Source: an uncultured Actinomycetes bacterium
Lineage (GTDB): Bacteria; Actinomycetota; Thermoleophilia; UBA2241
NCBI GenBank assembly: GCA_963755025.1
Contig: CAVWIH010000016.1
Location: forward strand, 1-53,556
Length of the DNA stretch: 53,556 nucleotides
Direction of reading: 5' to 3'
The notes under the pieces were generated by a model. That model saw only the letters and a list, made by a program, of their open reading frames with translations, ran no database searches and had not been told where the DNA came from. Positions 21,524 through 31,836 of the stretch are shown here, piece by piece (positions within the stretch are counted from its first letter, which is position 1; each line of letters starts with the position of its first letter). A program made the position numbers and the translations under genes.

Positions 21524-22210
21524 GTGACCGAGATCGTGGGCAGGGAGCGGTCGGTACAGAGGCGCAGCGCCTGGGTGCCGTTCGAAGACCCGCTGTCCAC
21601 CATCCCCGAGACGGCACAGAAGATCCTGGCGGCGGCCTCGCGGCTGCTTGCCGAGCGCGGCTACGCCGCGCTCACCCTCGAGAACGTGGCCGCCGAGGCG
21701 AGCGTCAACAAAGCCTCGATCCGCTACAACTTCGGCAACAAGGCGGGCCTGGTGGCGGCCGTCGTCGACGCCCTGATCCACGACGAATGCCTGCGCCTGG
21801 CGGCCGACCTGCGCACCGTGAACGAGCACGATCGCCTGCACGCCGCCATGGTGGGCATCGAGGGCATGATCGCCGGCGCCGACTCGTTTCGCGGTTTCTT
21901 CGACATCTTGCCGCACGCCTTTCGCGACGACGACCTGCGCGAGCGCATGTTCGAGCTCTACCGCTGGTGGTACCGCCAGAACCTGGAGTGGCTCGGCCTG
22001 GCCCTCGACGGCGCCGCCAACGACGAGCACGAGATCCTCATGGGCCTCGCCGAGCTCATCGCCGCCATCCCCGACGGGCTCTCCATACAGGCCGGGCTCG
22101 ACCCCGAGCACTTCGACCTCAAGCGTCCGCTGGCGGCGCTCGAGCTGCTCCTGCGCAACTCCATGGAGCAGCTCGCGCAGCTCGCCCGCAAGGGGCACGA
22201 GGCCTCCTGA
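21524..22210 (+). CDS. TetR-family transcriptional regulator
   Basis: KILAAASRLLAERGYAALTLENVAAEASVNKASIRYNFGNKAGL helix-turn-helix. Confidence 0.92.
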   Translation: MTEIVGRERSVQRRSAWVPFEDPLSTIPETAQKILAAASRLLAERGYAALTLENVAAEASVNKASIRYNFGNKAGLVAAVVDALIHDECLRLAADLRTVNEHDRLHAAMVGIEGMIAGADSFRGFFDILPHAFRDDDLRERMFELYRWWYRQNLEWLGLALDGAANDEHEILMGLAELIAAIPDGLSIQAGLDPEHFDLKRPLAALELLLRNSMEQLAQLARKGHEAS

Positions 22211-22230
22211 GGCTCGCGCACGGCGTCACG

Positions 22231-22259
22231 TTGTGTTATCCACCTGGGTGGGATAGCAT
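22231..22259 (+). promoter_or_regulatory. mtbB promoter with operator copy 2 in the spacer
   Basis: TTGTGT-17 bp-TAGCAT; GTTATCCACCTGGGTGG at 22235-22251. Confidence 0.65.
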
Positions 22260-22360
22260 CCACGCCGCTTCCGGGCCTTCGCCGCGGACGGCAAGGCACG
22301 AACGACGAGACCAGCAACCGCGCTCCCGCGCCGAACGAACGTAAGGAGGTGGCGAAAGTT

Positions 22361-23793
22361 GTGAGCAAGATCACGACACGCATGGGCGACGGAGCCTCGG
22401 TCGAGATGACGCGCGACGAACTGCGGCGCGATCTCATCGAGGGTACCGAGATGGCCGCCAAGAGGGGCAAGATCCCACGCTCACCGAGAACGAGCTCGAG
22501 TACCTCGAGGACATGTTCGCCTGTCCCAGCCGCATCTGGGGAGTCGAGCGCGGCCACGAGGCGGTCATGAGCAAGGACGGCTCGGTCAACACGCTGTGCT
22601 CGTCGCGCCTGTCGAGCGGCGTGGCCGCGCCGATCGGCCGCGAGGCGGCCATCCGCCTGTTCGAGACCGCCTTCGCCTACGACTCCATGGAGGTCGGTCA
22701 CACCGACTACTCCGTGAAGCCCTGCAAGTTCCTGGCGACGGTCGAGCAGGAGCACATGGAGCTCCTGCAGCAGATCACCATCCTGCCGCTGTTCTACGGC
22801 TTCATGCCCAACCTGGGCCTCTATTACCGGCCCGACGGCGCCTACGCCAACCCCTCCGACCTGCTGCCGACCGGCAAGATCGAAGAGGCCCGCCGCACGC
22901 AGGAAGAGGCCCTCGAGGCCTGCCAGCAGGACACCATCTGGCTGAGCGAGAAGATGGTCGAGGTGGCCGCCGACGGCATCAACTACGACACGGTGGCCTC
23001 TACCGGCGACGCCGAGTTCCTGGCCTCGCTGCGCGCCTGCGAGCACATCACCAAGACCACCGACATGGCGGTCGAGATCGGCATGGCCGCCGAGGTCGTG
23101 CTGGGCTTCCACGGTGAGCTCGAATACCACGGCACGCGCCTCGCCGGCCTGTGGCCCCACCAGCAGATGAAGCTGGTCGAACAGGCGGGCGCGTCGATCT
23201 TCGGCCCGGTCGTCAACAACAACTCCAAGAAGTCGTGCGCCTGGAACGTGGCGCGCGCCGTCACCTTCGTCAAGGCCTGCACCGCAGAGGCGACGATCCC
23301 CGTGCACCCCAACGTGGGTAACGGCGTCGGCGGCGTGCCCATGTTCGAAGTCTCGCCGCTCGACATGGTCACGCGCGCGAGCGCCGCCATGATCGAGATC
23401 GGCAAAGCCGACGGCTTATAGGTGGGTACGGGCGACCCCAACGGCATGGCCATGGCCCATGCGTTGGCCTCGTCGATCGGCGGCATCAAGACTGCTGGAG
23501 ATCTGGTAGCCAGGATGCAGCTGAAGAAGATGAGGTTGACCGAAGCCAAGGCCTACGTCGCCGGCAAGCTCGGCGTGAGCACCTTCGACCTGTCCGACTC
23601 GACGCTCATGCGCACGGTGCGCGAAGAGCTCGACATCGGCACGGTCACCGCCGTGCCCGGCGTGGCCAAAGGGCTCGAAGCCAAAACGCGGATCGCCGAC
23701 CTGCTCGACATCAAGATCAACTGCGTCGAGCGGCTCATGCGCAAGACCGGCCTGGTGCGCGACCTCGCGCTCGAGCACGCGGGACGGCGCTAA
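22361..23793 (+). CDS. mtbB: Dimethylamine:corrinoid methyltransferase with in-frame amber at 23419-23421 (pyrrolysine); apparent frameshift near 22480
   Basis: [45 protein letters not shown]...AGDLVARMQ. This matches the MtbB context DGI-O-IGVGDP, and homology continues about 123 codons past the TAG. Confidence 0.9.
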
Positions 23794-23820
23794 GGTGCGA
23801 AGGCCCCAGAGGAGGTCGCC

Positions 23821-25308
23821 ATGAAGAGGAACGCCCACGCCGGGCATCGCGGCTCCGGCGGGCTGAGCCTCAACGTCTTCACCGACGATGAGCTCAGAGA
23901 CATCCACCTCTCGACGCTCGAGGTGCTGGAACGCACCGGCGTCTGGGTCGAAGACGACGAAGCCCTCGACGTGTTCGCCGCGGGCGGCGCCGAAGTCGAC
24001 CGCGCCGGCAAGATCGTGCGCCTTCCCGCGCACGTGGTCGAAGACGCCATCCGCTGCGCGCCGCCGACCATCACGCTGTGCGGCCGCACGCCCGACTCCG
24101 ACGTCGTGCTCGAGCCGGGCCGCGTCGGCTTCACCAACTTCGGCGAGGGCATCAAGGTCACCGACATGGAGACGGGCGAGCTGCGCGAGCCCACCAAGCG
24201 CGACGTCGCCGACGCCACCCGCCTGATCGACGCCCTGCCCGAGATCGACGTCGTCGAGCGCCCCATCGGCGCCCACGACGTGCCGCAAGACGCGGTGCCG
24301 CTGCACAACGCCGAGGCGATCTTCTCGAACACCACCAAGCACGTCTTCATCGGGCCCATCAACGGCCGCCTGCTCAAGAAGATCCTTGAGATGGCGGCGG
24401 CCGTGGTGGGCGGCGCCGAGGCGCTGCGCCGCCGGCCGCTGGTGTCGTTCATCACCTGCCCGGTGAGCCCGCTCAAGCTCGTGCAGGACTGCTGCGAGAT
24501 CATCATGGGCTCGGCGCGCGCCGGGGCCACGGTCAACGTGCTCAGCATGGCGATGGCCGGCGCTTCGTCGCCGGTGTCCATGTCGGGCACGCTCGTCACC
24601 CACAACGCCGAGGTGCTGGCCGGCATCACGCTGGCGCAGCTCACAAAGCGCGGCGCGCCGGTGGTCTACGGCAGCTCGACGACGGCCATGGACCTGCGCC
24701 TGGCGTCGGCGTCGGTGGGCAGTCCCGAGTGCGGGCTGATCAACGCCGCCGTGGCCCAGATGGCGCGCTTCTACCTGCTGCCCAGTTGGGTGGCTGGTGC
24801 GTAGGGCGACGCCAAACTCGGTGACGCGCAGTCCGGTCACGAGAAGACTCTCACAGGCTTACTCCCAGCGTTGGCAGGGGCCAACCTGATCTATGGCCTG
24901 GGGATGCTCGAGTCGGGCGTCACCTTCGATTACGGTCAGCTGCTCATGGATTGTGAGTTCGCGCGGCTGATCAAGTTCACCCTCGGCGGCATTCCGGTGA
25001 CCGACGAGCTGCTCATGACCGACGACATCCACGCGGTGGGCTCGAGCGGCGACTTTCTGAGCCTCGACAGCACCTACAAGTACATGCGCTCGCAGTCGAC
25101 GCCCAGGCTCATCGACCGCCGCGTGCGCGAGGAGTGGGTGGCGGGCGGCAGCAGCGACCTGCACGAGCGGGCCGCAGACGAGGCTCGCCGGCTGCTCGAC
25201 ACCTACACGCCCGAACCGCTGTCGGCCGAGGTGCTGGCGGCGCTGCGCGACATCGTCGAGACCACCGAGAAAGAGCTCGGCATCGAACCGGCGCAAGTCG
25301 CCTTTTAG
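23821..25308 (+). CDS. mttB: Trimethylamine:corrinoid methyltransferase with in-frame amber at 24802-24804 (pyrrolysine)
   Basis: [71 protein letters not shown], the canonical Pyl-MttB context. Confidence 0.93.
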
Positions 25309-25360
25309 GCGCAGGGCCGGCCGGAGGACGCGCGACTACCTACACGAGAGGACGACCACC

Positions 25361-25995
25361 ATGGCAGATAGTTACGCACTGCTTCAAGAAGCGATCATCT
25401 CGGGCGACGGCGACCGGGCCCGCGAGCTCGCCCAGCGGCTGCTCGACGACGGCGTCAGCGCCCGCGAGATCTTAACGCCGGCCTGCTGCCCGGCATGGAC
25501 ATCGTCGGCAAACGCATGCGCGAGGGCGACTGCTTCATTCCCGAGGTGCTGCTCAGCGCGCGCACCATGCAGGGCGCGCTCGAGCTCCTCAAGCCCCGCC
25601 TCGCCGAAGGCGACTCGGGCAACCTCGGCACCATCGTCATCGGCACCGTCGAGGGCGACGTGCACGACATCGGCAAGAACCTCGTCGCCATGATGCTCGA
25701 AGGCGCGGGCTTTGTCGTGATCAACCTGGGCACGGGCATCACGCCGGCGCAGTTCGTCGCCGCCGTCAAAGAGAACAAGCCCGAGCTGCTCGGCATGAGC
25801 GGCCTGCTCACCACGACCATCCCGAAGATGGGCGACACCGTGAAGCTGCTCGAAGCCGAGGGCCTGCGCGAGGGCGTGAAGGTCGTCTGCGGCGGCGCCC
25901 CGGTCACCCAGTCGTTCGTCGATTCCATCGGCGCCGACGGCTACGGCACCAACGCCGCCGCCGCCGTCGAGCTCGCCAAGCAGCTGGTCCAATAG
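25361..25995 (+). CDS. Corrinoid (B12-binding) protein, MttC/MtbC family; frameshift near 25480
   Basis: GTVEGDVHDIGKNLV, GMSGLLTTT, GGAPVT. Confidence 0.9.
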
Positions 25996-26008
25996 CTAAG
26001 GAGCGCAC

Positions 26009-26653
26009 ATGACGGCCAACCGAGACGAGCTCATCCAAGAGGCGATCGACTCGATCGTCAACTACGACGCGGCGGCCGCCCACGACGTGGCCACCCGCGC
26101 CCTGGCCGCCGGCATCGCCCCCGGCGACATCATCAACCAGGGTTTTGTGGTCGGCATCTCCCAGGTCGGCGACGCCTTCGAAGGCGGCGAGGTCTTCCTG
26201 CCCGAGCTCATGCTGGCCGCCCAGGCGATGGACGCCGCCACCAAGGTCTGCAACGCGGCGCTTGAGGGCGGCCAGGCCGAGAAGAAGGGCGTCGTGGTCG
26301 TGGGTACCGTGCAGGGCGACGTGCACGACATCGGCAAGGCGATCGTCATCGCCTACCTGAAGGCCCACGGCTACGAGGTCACCGACTGCGGCCGCGACAC
26401 CCCGGCCAAGACCTTCATCGCCAAGGCCAAGGAGCTGCACGCCGACATCATCGGCATGAGCGCCCTGCTGACCACCACCATGGAGGAGCAGCGCCGCGTC
26501 ATCAAGATGATCAAAGACGAGGACCTGCCCTTCAAGACCGTGGTGGGCGGCGCCCCCTGCACGCAGCGCTGGGCCGACCAGATCGGCGCCGACGCCTACG
26601 CCGAAGACGCCTCCGACGGCGTCAAGAAGATCGACGCCCTGCTCGGCAGGTAA
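26009..26653 (+). CDS. Second corrinoid protein, MttC/MtbC family
   Basis: FLPELMLAA, GTVQGDVHDIGKAIV, GMSALLTTTM, IGADAYAEDA. Confidence 0.93.
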   Translation: MTANRDELIQEAIDSIVNYDAAAAHDVATRALAAGIAPGDIINQGFVVGISQVGDAFEGGEVFLPELMLAAQAMDAATKVCNAALEGGQAEKKGVVVVGTVQGDVHDIGKAIVIAYLKAHGYEVTDCGRDTPAKTFIAKAKELHADIIGMSALLTTTMEEQRRVIKMIKDEDLPFKTVVGGAPCTQRWADQIGADAYAEDASDGVKKIDALLGR

Positions 26654-26663
26654 GGAGGAGCAC

Positions 26664-28035
26664 ATGGACCAGCTCGAACCCCTCGAGACCAACCAGCTCG
26701 AGGACGACTTTCTCGGCCACCTGTGGCCGCCGTTCACCCAGATGGGGGGCCTCAAGCCGACCATCATGGAACGCGCCGAAGGCGCCGTCGTCTACGACAC
26801 CGAAGGCAACGCCTACATCGACGGCTTCGCCTCGCTGTGGACCGTCAACGTGGGCCACGGCCGCAAGGAGATCTTCGACGCCATCCAGACCCAGGCCGAG
26901 AAGCTCGCCATCTACCACATCTTCCAGATCGGCAACGAGCCGGCCATCAAGCTCGCCGCCAAGGTGGCCTCGCACATGCCGGGCGACCTGAACCACGTGT
27001 TCCTCACGCTGGGCGGCGGCGAGTCGGTCGAGACCGCGGTCAAGATGGCGCGCCAGTACTGGCGCAACAAGGGCAAGGGCACCAAGTTCATGGTGCTCTT
27101 CCGCGACCGCTCCTACCACGGCACCACCATGACCGCCACGAGCGCCCAGGGCCTGTCGGTCAACCGCGCCAAGTTCGAGCCCTTGCTGCCCGGCTTCATC
27201 AAGCTCGGCGCGCCGTACTGCTACCGCTGCTTCTGGAACAAGACCTACGGCGAAGACTGCAAGATGGAGTGCGCCACCCAGGTCGCCCAGGAGATCGCCT
27301 TCTACGGCGCCGAGAACGTGGGCACCATGCTCGGCGAGACCATGATCGGCACCGGCGGCGTCATTCCGCCGCCTCCCGAGTACTGGCCCATGGTCAACGA
27401 GATCTGCAAGGCCAACGAGGTGCTCGTCATCAACGACGAGGTCATCACCGGCTTCGGCCGCAGCGGTACCTGGTTCGGCTTCGAGCAGTTCGGCTCCGAC
27501 CCCGACCTCATCACCATGGCCAAGGGGCTCTCGTCGGGCTACCTGCCGCTGGGCGCCGTCGGCGCCAAGGACCACGTCTTCGACGCCTTCCTCGGCGGCC
27601 CCGGCGAGGCCTTCATGAGCGGCGCCACCTACATGGGCCATCCTCTGTGCTGCGCCGCCGGCATCGCCAACCTCGAGATCGTCGAGCGCGAGAACCTGGT
27701 CGACCGCTGCCGCGACGTGGGCGCCTACATGCAGGAAGGCCTGAAGACCCTGCTCAAGCACCCCATCGTGGGCGACGTGCGTGGCGTGGGCCTCGTGGCC
27801 GGCATCGAGTACGTGCAGGACAAGGCCACCAAGGAGTGGTTCCCGCCGGCCGTGGGCGCCGCCGCGAAGATCCGCGACGAAGCCTTCAGAGCGCGGTGTG
27901 TTCATCCGCCTGCTGGGTGGCGGCAACTGCCACGCCGTGGCGCCGCCGTTCATCATCTCCACCGAGCAGATCGACACCATCGTCAAGGTGCTCGACGAGT
28001 CGATCACGGTCGTCGAGAAGCAGCTCGGTTACTGA
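26664..28035 (+). CDS. Class III PLP aminotransferase; frameshift near 27890
   Basis: YIDGFASLW, GGESVETAVK, SYHGTT, DEVITGFGRSG, MAKGLSSGYLPLG. Confidence 0.9.
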
Positions 28036-28069
28036 GGATCATCCGCTTTACATCAAAGGAGCCAGGTTC

Positions 28070-29119
28070 ATGAGCAAGCCGCAAGTCGCAGTCGTGGGCT
28101 ACGGTGTCATCGGCCAGCGCTTGGCCGACGGCGTCGCCCTGCAGCAGGACATGGAGCTCGCCGGGGTGGTCGACGTCGCCCCGACGCTCGCCATCCGCGC
28201 CCTCCACGAGTCGGGCATGCCCTACAAGCTGTACGTCGTGGCCGCCGAGCAGAAGGCCGCCTTCGACGCCCTCGGTATTCCCGTGTCGGGCACCCTCGAC
28301 GACCTGCTCGGCCAGGTCGACATCGTGCTCGACTCGTCGCCCGGCGGCATCGGCCGCAAGAACAAGGAGATCTACCAGGCGCGCGGCATCAAGGCGATCT
28401 TCCAGGGCGGCGAGAAGAACGACATCGTCGACGTCTTCTTTCACGGCTATGCCAACTACGAGAAGGGCGTGGGCAAGGACTACCTCAAGCTCACGAGCTG
28501 CAACACCACCGGCCTCATCCGCGCGGTCGACTGCCTCGACCGCGAAGTCGGCGTCGAGCGCGTCATCGTCACCATCGTGCGCCGCGTGGCCGACCCCGGC
28601 GACACGCACCGTGGTCTGGTCGACGTCGCCCAGGTCGAGCCCGTGCCCAACCACCAGGCCGTCGACCTCATGACGATCATGCCGCACATCGAGGCCACCG
28701 GCCTGCTCGTGCACGTGCCCACCACCCACGGTCACATCATCAACGTGGTGGCCACCACCAAGGCCGACATCTCCAAGGAGCGCGCCCTCGAGCTCTTCGA
28801 GGCGCATCCCCGCATCCGCAACGTCAAGATCGCCGACGGCTTCAACTCGAACGCCTCGCTGTTCCGCTACGCCCGCGACCTCGGCCGCAAGCGCGCCGAC
28901 ATGTACGAGATCGCCGTCTTCGACGAGACCATCGCCAAGAGCGGCCGCGAGTTCATGTTCGCCATCAACATCCCGCAGGAGTCGGTCGTCATTCCCGAGA
29001 GCATCGACGGCATCCGCGCCGCCCTGTCGCTGCAGAGCGACCGCCTCGAGGCCGTCGGCCTGACCAACGAGTACCTCGGCATGCACGCCGGCTCGCCGGT
29101 CGTCGCGCCCGTCGCCTGA
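28070..29119 (+). CDS. Type II (archaeal-like) glyceraldehyde-3-phosphate dehydrogenase homolog
   Basis: VVGYGVIGQRLADGVALQQDMEL, FQGGEK, SCNTTGL, QESVVIPESIDGIRA. Confidence 0.88.
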   Translation: MSKPQVAVVGYGVIGQRLADGVALQQDMELAGVVDVAPTLAIRALHESGMPYKLYVVAAEQKAAFDALGIPVSGTLDDLLGQVDIVLDSSPGGIGRKNKEIYQARGIKAIFQGGEKNDIVDVFFHGYANYEKGVGKDYLKLTSCNTTGLIRAVDCLDREVGVERVIVTIVRRVADPGDTHRGLVDVAQVEPVPNHQAVDLMTIMPHIEATGLLVHVPTTHGHIINVVATTKADISKERALELFEAHPRIRNVKIADGFNSNASLFRYARDLGRKRADMYEIAVFDETIAKSGREFMFAINIPQESVVIPESIDGIRAALSLQSDRLEAVGLTNEYLGMHAGSPVVAPVA

Positions 29120-29126
29120 CGTCGCC

Positions 29127-30398
29127 ATGAAGTACGACATCAACACGCTCGACGACTTCGAGGTCGCCGGCAAGACCGTGTTGTGTCGTGTCGACATCAA
29201 CTCGCCGCTCGATCCCGAGAGCGGCGAGTTGGCCGACACCACACGCCTGCGCGGCTGCGCCCCGACCGTGCGGGAGCTCGCCGAGAAGGGCGCCAGGGTC
29301 GTGCTGCTGGCCCACCAGGGCGGCGACCTCGAGTACCACAACTACGCCTCGACCGAGCCCCACGCTCCCGTGCTGGCGCAGCTCATCGGCCGGCCGGTGG
29401 CCTTTGTCGACGACGTCTGCGGCCCGGCCGCCCGCGCCGCCATCGCGGACCTCGCCGACGGCGAGGTCCTGCTGCTCGACAACGTGCGCTTCGTCTCCGA
29501 AGAGATGACCCTCTTCGAGACCAAGCTCAAGCTCTCGCCCGAGGCCCAGGCCAAGACCCTGGTGGTGCGCAAGCTGGCGCCGCTCGGCGACCTCTACGTG
29601 TGCGACGCCTTTGCCGCGCTGCACCGCTCGCAGCCCACGCTGGTGGGCTTCGAGCAGCTCCTGCCGTCGGCCATGGGCCGGCTGTTCGAGCGCGAGTACT
29701 CGGCCCTCGCCCACCTGCGCGAAGAGCCCGCGCGGCCCTGCGTGTTCGTGCTGGGCGGCGCCAAGATCCAGGAGGCGTTCCCCATGATGAGCGCCGCTCT
29801 GGCCGACGACGCCGTCGACACCGTGCTGGTCTGTGGCCTCGTGGCCCAGGTCATGCTCATGGCCGCCGGCTGCGAGCTGGGCGAGCCTTCGAGCTCCTAT
29901 GTGCGCGAAGCGCACCTCGACGCCTTCGTCGAGGAGTCAAAGGACATCCTGGCCCGCTACGGCGACAAGGTCGTGCTGCCCAGCGACCTGGCCTACGTGA
30001 GCGGCGGCGCGCGCTGCGAGGTCGCCGTGGCCGACCTGCCCATCGACGAGCTGCTGCTCGACCTGGGCCACGATACCGTCGCGGCCTACAAAGAGCACCT
30101 GGCCGGCGCCGGCACCGTCTTCGTCAACGGCCCGGCGGGCGTCTTTGAACAGCCCGAGACCGAGTACGCCACCAAGGCGCTGTGGCAGGCCATGGCGGCC
30201 TGCGACGGCCACACCGCTCTGGGCGGCGGCGACAGCATCGCCGCCATGAACCGCTACGAGCTCACCACGAGCTTCGACTACGTCTGCACCGCCGGCGGCG
30301 GCATGGTCAAGTTCTTAAGCGGCGAGGAACTGCCCGTGGTCAAGGCGCTCAAAGAGTCGGCCGTGCGCTTTGCGCCCGAGACCGCGCGGCCTGTCTAG
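29127..30398 (+). CDS. pgk: Phosphoglycerate kinase homolog (archaeal-like)
   Basis: RVDINSP, LLDNVRF, DAFAALHRS, LGGAKI, NGPAGVFE, GGGDS, TAGG. Confidence 0.88.
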   Translation: MKYDINTLDDFEVAGKTVLCRVDINSPLDPESGELADTTRLRGCAPTVRELAEKGARVVLLAHQGGDLEYHNYASTEPHAPVLAQLIGRPVAFVDDVCGPAARAAIADLADGEVLLLDNVRFVSEEMTLFETKLKLSPEAQAKTLVVRKLAPLGDLYVCDAFAALHRSQPTLVGFEQLLPSAMGRLFEREYSALAHLREEPARPCVFVLGGAKIQEAFPMMSAALADDAVDTVLVCGLVAQVMLMAAGCELGEPSSSYVREAHLDAFVEESKDILARYGDKVVLPSDLAYVSGGARCEVAVADLPIDELLLDLGHDTVAAYKEHLAGAGTVFVNGPAGVFEQPETEYATKALWQAMAACDGHTALGGGDSIAAMNRYELTTSFDYVCTAGGGMVKFLSGEELPVVKALKESAVRFAPETARPV

Positions 30399-30503
30399 GA
30401 CCACGCGGCCTCTCTGAACGAGAGGCGTCGGCGCGGCGCCCCGAACGGGGCGCCGCGCCCAGGCGCTTCTGTCGAACCGTGACGGAACCGAGGAGGGTGA
30501 CCT

Positions 30504-31796
30504 GTGACCGACGTGCAGCTCGCGATCCCCTACGGCGACGGCGAGCTTGCCTGCACGCTGCCCCAGGCCAACCTGCTGGGCGTCGTGCGGCCGCCCGCGG
30601 GCGGCCAGGCGGCGCCCGACGCCGCCGCCGAGCAGACCGAGATCGCCCGCGCCCTGGCCGAGCCCATAGGCACGCCGCGCCTGAGCACCCTGGCCGCCAC
30701 CGCGAAGTCGGCGGTCATCGTGGTGAGCGACGTCACGCGGCCCTGCCCGTCGTACAAGTTCCTGCCGGCGCTGCTCGGCGAGCTCGCCGCCATGGCGCCG
30801 CAGGACATCACCATCCTGTTCGCGCTCGGCGGCCACCGCCGGCACTCAGCCGAGGAGCAGGCTCGCCTGGTGGGCCCCGAGGTCGTGGCCAGCGGCGTGC
30901 GCCTGCTCGACCTGGACGCCGCCGGGTGCGTGCCGGTGGGCACCACCTCGCGCGGCACGCGCCTCGAGGTCTTCAAGACCTACCTGGATGCCGACCTGCG
31001 CATCTGCACCGGCAACATCGAATACCACTACTTCGCCGGCTTCTCGGGCGGGGCCAAGGCCGTGGTGCCGGGCATGTGCTCGTACGCCGCCATCCGCGAC
31101 AACCACGCCATGATGCTCCAGGACGGCGCGCGGGCCGGCGTGCTGCAGGGCAACCCCGTGCGCGAAGACATCGACGAGGCCGGCGGCATGATCGGCATCG
31201 ACTTCATCTTCAACGTCGTGCTCGACGAGCACAAACGCGTGCTGCACGCCGTGGCCGGCCACTACCTGCAGGCGCATCGCGAGGGCGTGCGCGTCTACGA
31301 CGAGCGCTGCGACCTGCGGGTCGAGGCGGCGGCCGACGTGGTCGTCGCTTCGCCGGGCGGCATGCCTAAAGACATCAACCTCTATCAGGCCCAGAAGACG
31401 CTCGACAACGTGAGCGGCGCCGTGCGCGACGGCGGCGTCGTCGTGCTCGCGGCGCGCTGCCGCGAGGGCTTCGGGCAGCAGGCCTTCGAGGAGTGGATGC
31501 GCGGCATGGAGGGCGAGCCCCAGGTGCTCGTCGACCGCATACAACGCGAGTTCGTGCTGGGCGGCCACAAGGCGGCGGCGATCGCCGGGCTGCTCACGCG
31601 CGTCGACGTCTTTCTCGTGTCTGAGTTCCCAGCAGAGGTGGTGCGCGGCATGGGCATGCAGCCCTTCGCCAACGTCGACGACGCTGTGGCGGCGGCCCTC
31701 GAGAGATATGGTACGAGTGCGCAGTTCCTGGTCGTGCCGCACGGCAGCCGCGTCACGGCCGGTCCGGTCGCCCGCGAGGTCGGTGTGAGTACGTGA
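30504..31796 (+). CDS. LarA-family nickel-pincer racemase/epimerase
   Basis: SDVTRPCP, LGGHR, YHYFAGFSGGAKAVVPG, KDINLYQAQK, GGHKA. Confidence 0.85.
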   Translation: MTDVQLAIPYGDGELACTLPQANLLGVVRPPAGGQAAPDAAAEQTEIARALAEPIGTPRLSTLAATAKSAVIVVSDVTRPCPSYKFLPALLGELAAMAPQDITILFALGGHRRHSAEEQARLVGPEVVASGVRLLDLDAAGCVPVGTTSRGTRLEVFKTYLDADLRICTGNIEYHYFAGFSGGAKAVVPGMCSYAAIRDNHAMMLQDGARAGVLQGNPVREDIDEAGGMIGIDFIFNVVLDEHKRVLHAVAGHYLQAHREGVRVYDERCDLRVEAAADVVVASPGGMPKDINLYQAQKTLDNVSGAVRDGGVVVLAARCREGFGQQAFEEWMRGMEGEPQVLVDRIQREFVLGGHKAAAIAGLLTRVDVFLVSEFPAEVVRGMGMQPFANVDDAVAAALERYGTSAQFLVVPHGSRVTAGPVAREVGVST

Positions 31797-31836
31797 AGTC
31801 CGGCGTGCCGGCGAAAGTAGATCAAAGGAGACGCTG

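Noticed and set aside
19880-22198. Long antisense ORFs (e.g. 772 aa here, 695 aa at 2003-4090) and Arg/Pro-rich alternative-frame ORFs
   Set aside because: Shadow ORFs expected from high GC3 opposite or overlapping real genes; no recognisable motifs.
1390-27900. Frameshifts in hdrB, SBP, permease, cocE, mtbB, the corrinoid protein and the aminotransferase as programmed frameshifting or mass pseudogenisation
   Set aside because: They are single-base indels scattered through otherwise well-conserved genes with no shared slippery motif. Long-read consensus error is the simplest explanation; read-level checking is needed, and cocE could be truly decayed.
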